Assembly: GCA_049599475.1 (NCBI GenBank)
Contig: JBMYOQ010000107.1
Coordinates: 1-11,442 of the forward strand
Source: Opitutales bacterium
GTDB taxonomy: Bacteria > Verrucomicrobiota > Verrucomicrobiia > Opitutales > JABSRG01
Direction: 5' to 3'
DNA: 11,442 nt
Under the pieces are notes generated by a model. That model was not told the DNA's origin and made no database searches. It was given only the letters and a program-made list of their open reading frames with translations. Below, one piece after another: positions 6,877 through 11,442 of the stretch (the first letter of the stretch is position 1; each line of letters opens with the position of its first letter). The position numbers were made by a program, and so were the translations under genes.

Positions 6877-9800
6877 TTACACCTCGTCTTCTTCAAGCCA
6901 TCGGAAGGATATGACGCGGAACTTACGTCCGAATGGAGTAGGGGAAGTGTCGAGTTCCTTTGCTGTCCAGTATACTGCCTGGTCGGGGGAGCTGCCTTCG
7001 CGAGGTTCGACGGGTTCTGGAATACGTTGAACAATAGCTTCACACCAGGCTTTGGCCGTGGCATCTCCTGTGTCAGGGTTAATGCATTCCCCATATGAGC
7101 GTATTCTGAAGGAGTCGCTGCGGGTTGAAATAAACGCGCCGATCGCCTGTAAAATATCGGCCTGCATGAGATAGGTGGAGGCGCCCATCGTTGCACTCTG
7201 CGCTCCCTCAAGGTTTTCGTGGTTTAGAAAGCTTGTTCCGATGCTACCGATCGTGCCATTGACGGCTGATTGTGCAATCTCACTACCTTCCTCGAGCTCG
7301 TCGTTTCCGATTGTGGTGCAGGCGTTAATAGCGGCTTGGAGCAGGCCGTTCAGTCCATAGGCATTATTGCTCAAGTCGCGATTTACAAATTCTGAGAGCG
7401 TCAGGAATGGGGTACCACGCGCTGTCACCCTAGCTCTCAATTCATCCACAATCTTGGTCGCAAGTTCTTCGATTTGGATGTCGCTGAGTGAACGGAAGCC
7501 GTTCCACGCGTTTTCATCGGTAATATCCAGATCAGTGAGTTCATCTCCAGCGGGCTGTGTGTGCTTGGCGAAAACCGTGCCGCTCGAAATCTGTTGAGGA
7601 TTTGTCGGGGTATTTCCGGTACCTGGATCGTAAGATTGGTAGATTGCCATATCCCTGGCCCCGGAAAGAATCGAACGCCAGGTGTCGACGGAGGTGGAGT
7701 TGATGTTGAATGCGCCTTCTACCATTAGGTTTTCGGCAGAGCGGCGATAGGCGTGGTCTCCTTCTTCCCCTGGTGTGCTGTTGTCAAAGGTGAGGTCGTT
7801 ATCCTCGAACAGTTTGTTTCTTACATCTGATACGTCTTCGCCTTCTCCGAGAATGAGTTGCATCCTGGGATTGGGCAGTGAGGAGGAAGTGCCGTCTACG
7901 AAGACTGCATCGAAGGTGTCTTGGACCGATGTGTTGTTTTGGGCGTAGTCGTCTGATCCGCTATCATAGGGGATGGAATAGGATGAGAAAAAGGTGCTGT
8001 CCCATAAGGCCTCATTCATGAGGTAGGAGATGTCATAGAAAAGACGATCGTAGTCGTAACGATTGGGATTGACCGAGTACACCTGATCTCGGGCGATATA
8101 TGGAGATGCTAGGGAGTTGGATATAGCCATCGCCGGCATATGGTCGTAAATTGCCACGTTTGCATTCTGGAGTCTCCCGAGAGAGAGCAGGGGAGCAGTC
8201 GGAAGTTCGAGGACAGTGGCTCTTTGGACGCCACCCGAAGTTCCATTCAGGCTCCCGGTGCTTGGGCCCCAGAATCGATAATCAACGCTACTGTAGTTGC
8301 CACCTTCTTGAAAGCGTAGCTCCCATCCTGGGGATGTTACTGGAAAGCCTTCCACGTCATTTTGTAGGCGGACTTCAGATGCGGGGAAGATATTACGATT
8401 ATCTTTAACCGGTGCAAGCGGGTTGGTCAGCACATACGTCGGGTAGTTTGTCTCGCTGAGGTCAGCGGAAAGGGTTTCACTGCCTTTGAGCTGGAATGCG
8501 TATGAATACATGATAACCGGCGTATCTGGGTCGCGTTTGCCTACGGTATCGATGGGGCTCACGAATCCATATCGCCATCCCTTTGGGTCTGCATCGTCCA
8601 AGTTTGTGTAATCGGGGTCACTCATTGGAAATTGATATTCAGCAGTCGTCCGATATGCGTCTGGCAAATCGCCGTATGACTCGCCTGGTGCTAAGTATAT
8701 ATTGCGCGAGGTGCTCGCCATGGGCCAAATATCGTAAGGGCCGTCAGGGTCTTTTTCGTAATTGGAACCATCTCTCAAGAAAAGTGATGTCTCATAATTT
8801 CCGATGGTGTAAGATTCTAGGGGACTACCGTTGGGGAATCTGGAGAAAATGACGTTTTCTCCATCCTCCGGTGCCTTTGGACGGGCCACAACGGTGAATT
8901 GGGTGGTGGCCGCTCCGTTCTCGTCCTCGGGCACAAATCGTTCTCCAATCTTATAGTTGGTACTCCTCCACGGGTAGGTCCATGATCCAGTCCCTTGTTG
9001 CACTTCGGAGACATACCCTACTGAGCCAGCTCTATCATTCCAGGCTTCGCCTCCGTATGCCGTGATTTGGCCCGGAGTCATCGTCCCAGTCTCTATATAA
9101 CCATGGTGTACGAGGTTTCCATAGGATTTGGATTTAGCCGCATAGATTTCATCATCAGACGTTGGGCTGACGGGCTCGTTTCCCGCACTATAATACCTTG
9201 GGACGTGTATATCGGTGTCGAAATGGTAGAGGTCTATTTGTGGGGATATTCCCTGAAACCTTACATACATATCGTCGTGCCGGATGGATACGTTGTATGG
9301 ATTGTGCATGACAAAGGTCGTTCGAGCCCGGGTCCGGAGGTAAGGGTTTGTATTACTGTTGCCATCTACAAAGACCCCAAATTGCCCGACGGATCGTATC
9401 ATCAAGGGCATGTAATTGGATGAGACGAGTGTGGTGAGGTAACTCGTATTACGAGAACGCAGGGGATCCCCATCTTCGGAATTAAGGTGGATTGGGCCGT
9501 CGGGGTCGCTCGACTGCTCAATGATTGCGTCGCTTGGAGAACTCGATGCATCTGACCAGCCGGAGTCTACATCAACGCGTCCTCCGGACAACATAAACGC
9601 GGGTTGCCTTCTGCCTTCGCTGTTTGGAAGGTCATATTTGCTGTGATTTAAATTTGGGCCAAAGACACGAGCGTCGAGGGTAGGGTTGGTCATTGGAGTC
9701 TCCATCTCGTGATAGAGGCGATAGTAGTCTCTCAATAGATGCCACGCGGGACCGTTGGCCGTGCCTGAAAAAGCCGCACCGCCGGTGTAATCTGAGTCTG

Positions 9801-10866
9801 TGAAGGTGAAGACTGGCTGCACTTCGAAATTGGCGGTGTTGTAAGGGGAGTAGGGATCGAAGCCGCCGCCGGCGAACTCCGATGCGTTGAAATCGGCATC
9901 GTCCATTTCGAAAGCGAGCGAGAGGTCCTTTTTCAGCCCGCCGTTTTTCACGTCTGCCAGGACTCCCGCCGAAAAGGGCGTTAGATGGTGGAAATACTGT
10001 TTATCGATTCCGGCGCTTGGGTTTGGATTATTCCCATTGGCCTGATTGGTGAGGATTTCTAGCTGAGACAGTTTGGTAATGCGTTCGCCGTCTTCTTCGA
10101 AGTCGACTGCGCCGAGGGCCGCGCTGAGAGCCGAGGGCCTGGCACTGGTGAATGAGTTGACCGCATTGAGTGAGCGGAATTTGAGCTCATCGGTGTCGGC
10201 GGATGTATCTCTTGCTGTTCCTAGATTGATCCTGGCTTTTACGCCCTCATCGCCTATCCACCATGCATAGCGCCCGATCGTTTCACCGTTTTGCTCGACC
10301 GTCGTATTGTTGATTTCGACTACGATTTGTTCGTTGGTGTCGTCTGCGATACCGTCGTTATTTCCATCCATAAGTGAACCCGCGCCGACGAGCACCACGG
10401 TATCTGCTTCACCATATTGGGGAGCGTTTGAGCTATTGTAATCGTTAAGCGAGTCTCCGTTGATATCCGTGGCGTCTGAACTCAACCAGCGAATAAAATC
10501 TCCCTTGGCTAAACCTTCCGAGGGAATATCTGCACTGGCCCATACTCCGAGGGCGTGTTTGCGGCTTGAGTGACTATTATCAAGAAGGTCGCCCGTGGCG
10601 GAAACGCGTTGATCTGGTCCGAGAGCCTTCTGGAGTTCCCCGAGCGCTAGATTCATCCCAAGCATTGCTTGCTGCCGAGCTTGCGTCTCCTGCATCGCGC
10701 CTACGCCTGTGATCGTTTCTTGCCTCAAAACGCTCACCGTGCTCACCACTAAAAGTAGAAGGAATGCGACGAGTGTAATGCTTATGACCAAGGCAAAGCC
10801 AGCCCTGCGCTCGGAAGCGCAAAAAGGCTCTTTTTCCAAGGAGATCATTTTATGATGGTTTCCCAT
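6877..10866 (-). CDS. Giant GspK/PilX-like minor (pseudo)pilin, Verrucomicrobia type (analogous to Verru_Chthon cassette protein A)
   Basis: The ORF is open to 10905 (1342 aa); the ATG at 10866 or 10848 is more plausible because it gives a short leader. Class III signal RRAG|FALVISITLVAFLLLLVV with no Glu at +5, the GspK/PilX hallmark. GspK-like blocks DEGVKARINL, FNINSTS and RSDSFRIRSYG. Family-type blocks GPDQRVSA, GGLKKDLS, PFLTLSEFVNR, QADIL, AWCEAIVQR and FGRKFRVISFRWL. Confidence 0.9.
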   Translation of the reverse strand: MGNHHKMISLEKEPFCASERRAGFALVISITLVAFLLLLVVSTVSVLRQETITGVGAMQETQARQQAMLGMNLALGELQKALGPDQRVSATGDLLDNSHSSRKHALGVWASADIPSEGLAKGDFIRWLSSDATDINGDSLNDYNSSNAPQYGEADTVVLVGAGSLMDGNNDGIADDTNEQIVVEINNTTVEQNGETIGRYAWWIGDEGVKARINLGTARDTSADTDELKFRSLNAVNSFTSARPSALSAALGAVDFEEDGERITKLSQLEILTNQANGNNPNPSAGIDKQYFHHLTPFSAGVLADVKNGGLKKDLSLAFEMDDADFNASEFAGGGFDPYSPYNTANFEVQPVFTFTDSDYTGGAAFSGTANGPAWHLLRDYYRLYHEMETPMTNPTLDARVFGPNLNHSKYDLPNSEGRRQPAFMLSGGRVDVDSGWSDASSSPSDAIIEQSSDPDGPIHLNSEDGDPLRSRNTSYLTTLVSSNYMPLMIRSVGQFGVFVDGNSNTNPYLRTRARTTFVMHNPYNVSIRHDDMYVRFQGISPQIDLYHFDTDIHVPRYYSAGNEPVSPTSDDEIYAAKSKSYGNLVHHGYIETGTMTPGQITAYGGEAWNDRAGSVGYVSEVQQGTGSWTYPWRSTNYKIGERFVPEDENGAATTQFTVVARPKAPEDGENVIFSRFPNGSPLESYTIGNYETSLFLRDGSNYEKDPDGPYDIWPMASTSRNIYLAPGESYGDLPDAYRTTAEYQFPMSDPDYTNLDDADPKGWRYGFVSPIDTVGKRDPDTPVIMYSYAFQLKGSETLSADLSETNYPTYVLTNPLAPVKDNRNIFPASEVRLQNDVEGFPVTSPGWELRFQEGGNYSSVDYRFWGPSTGSLNGTSGGVQRATVLELPTAPLLSLGRLQNANVAIYDHMPAMAISNSLASPYIARDQVYSVNPNRYDYDRLFYDISYLMNEALWDSTFFSSYSIPYDSGSDDYAQNNTSVQDTFDAVFVDGTSSSLPNPRMQLILGEGEDVSDVRNKLFEDNDLTFDNSTPGEEGDHAYRRSAENLMVEGAFNINSTSVDTWRSILSGARDMAIYQSYDPGTGNTPTNPQQISSGTVFAKHTQPAGDELTDLDITDENAWNGFRSLSDIQIEELATKIVDELRARVTARGTPFLTLSEFVNRDLSNNAYGLNGLLQAAINACTTIGNDELEEGSEIAQSAVNGTIGSIGTSFLNHENLEGAQSATMGASTYLMQADILQAIGAFISTRSDSFRIRSYGECINPDTGDATAKAWCEAIVQRIPEPVEPREGSSPDQAVYWTAKELDTSPTPFGRKFRVISFRWLEEDEV
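10735..10809 (-). other. Prepilin peptidase (class III) cleavage site and hydrophobic helix
   Basis: Basic residues RR, then A-G|F (Gly codon 10798-10800, Phe codon 10795-10797), followed by ~21 uncharged, mostly hydrophobic residues. Position +5 is Ile rather than Glu. Confidence 0.8.
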
Positions 10867-11442
10867 GAGATTTTTTGGGGTTAAAAGTAGCCCGTGACAT
10901 GGCATCTGTAGGAGTCATGGTCGGTAGGGAGGATAGATGTGGCACAAGCGCTTAGCTCTGGTTTCTTGGGCCCGGAGATTGGCCTGATACCGAATTCGTT
11001 GGAGCCAAATCGCTTCTTTCTTACCGGATCAAGATTCGCCTAGATAAAAGCTTCACGTGTATGTTGGATCTTTCTAGGCGGGCAGTTTGGTTTTTCTTGC
11101 TGAGAATAAACTCTCAGTATCCAAAAAATCGTGATGAACATGCTCCTGCATGTCCTTGGAGATCTCTTGGGTTGGAAGTAGCGAGGGGGGAACTGCAATG
11201 AGGGTAAAACCGCTAGTTTCGACACGGATAGAGATTAGCACAAATGCTTGTTTTTCCGTTAATTCGAAAGCGCCTACCTATCATTTGAAAACGTCGAATA
11301 CCCCCGTACGCCCGAGAATCAATGGGACGAGCGTAGATTCTAGCGAGTGCGTGGTGATTGGGGCACGTGAAAGTGAATTATCGGGTATAGAGCATTTCTC
11401 AAAAGTATTTTCGTAAATAACGATTTTAAGCTTGTACTTTTG

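Noticed and set aside
6759..7211. 150-aa minus-strand ORF bridging the pilin end and partner start, and the plus-strand ORF 6790-7098
   Set aside because: Both overlap two well-supported genes in other frames and have no protein-like features.
7175..10822. Short ORFs nested in or antisense to the pilin gene
   Set aside because: Fully contained in a well-supported CDS, with no motifs.
10867..10905. Longest-ORF start at 10905 for the pilin
   Set aside because: It gives a 36-aa leader before the cleavage site. The ATGs at 10866 and 10848 give more typical prepilin leaders and follow A/C-rich sequence. The true start is unresolved.
11040..11416. ORFs 11040-11225 (-) and 11150-11416 (+)
   Set aside because: Short, mutually overlapping and without recognisable motifs. 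They cannot be fully excluded but are unsupported.
1..11442. CRISPR array, tRNA/rRNA, IS or integrase, long tandem DNA repeats
   Set aside because: I saw no regularly spaced repeats, RNA gene signatures or transposase/integrase ORFs by eye.

Overview
The window holds three co-oriented minus-strand genes. Transcription order: (1) a ~1330-aa giant GspK/PilX-like minor (pseudo)pilin with a class III prepilin N-terminus, of the kind typical of Verrucomicrobia (6877-~10866); (2) a 232-aa secreted protein of unknown function, 29 nt downstream (6149-6847); (3) a 1939-aa secreted multidomain protein (106-5925). Protein 3 reads: signal peptide, acidic N-terminal domain, LVIVD-like propeller, SbsA/Big_5 Ig domain, PKD, two CBM6/35-like modules, YncE/YVTN beta-propeller, di-heme CcP/MauG-superfamily domain (CASCH, CMECH), and a Verrucomicrobia-type C-terminal domain. 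The motifs point to Verrucomicrobiota (inference). The best candidate for a new system is a 'tip pilin + small partner + redox cargo' cassette. Non-coding observations: a three-block motif shared by both upstream regions, a hairpin-rich leader with a possible 25-aa sORF, and tandem hairpins after the last gene. No tRNA, rRNA, CRISPR array or mobile element was recognised. All family calls come from motif recognition, not database searches.
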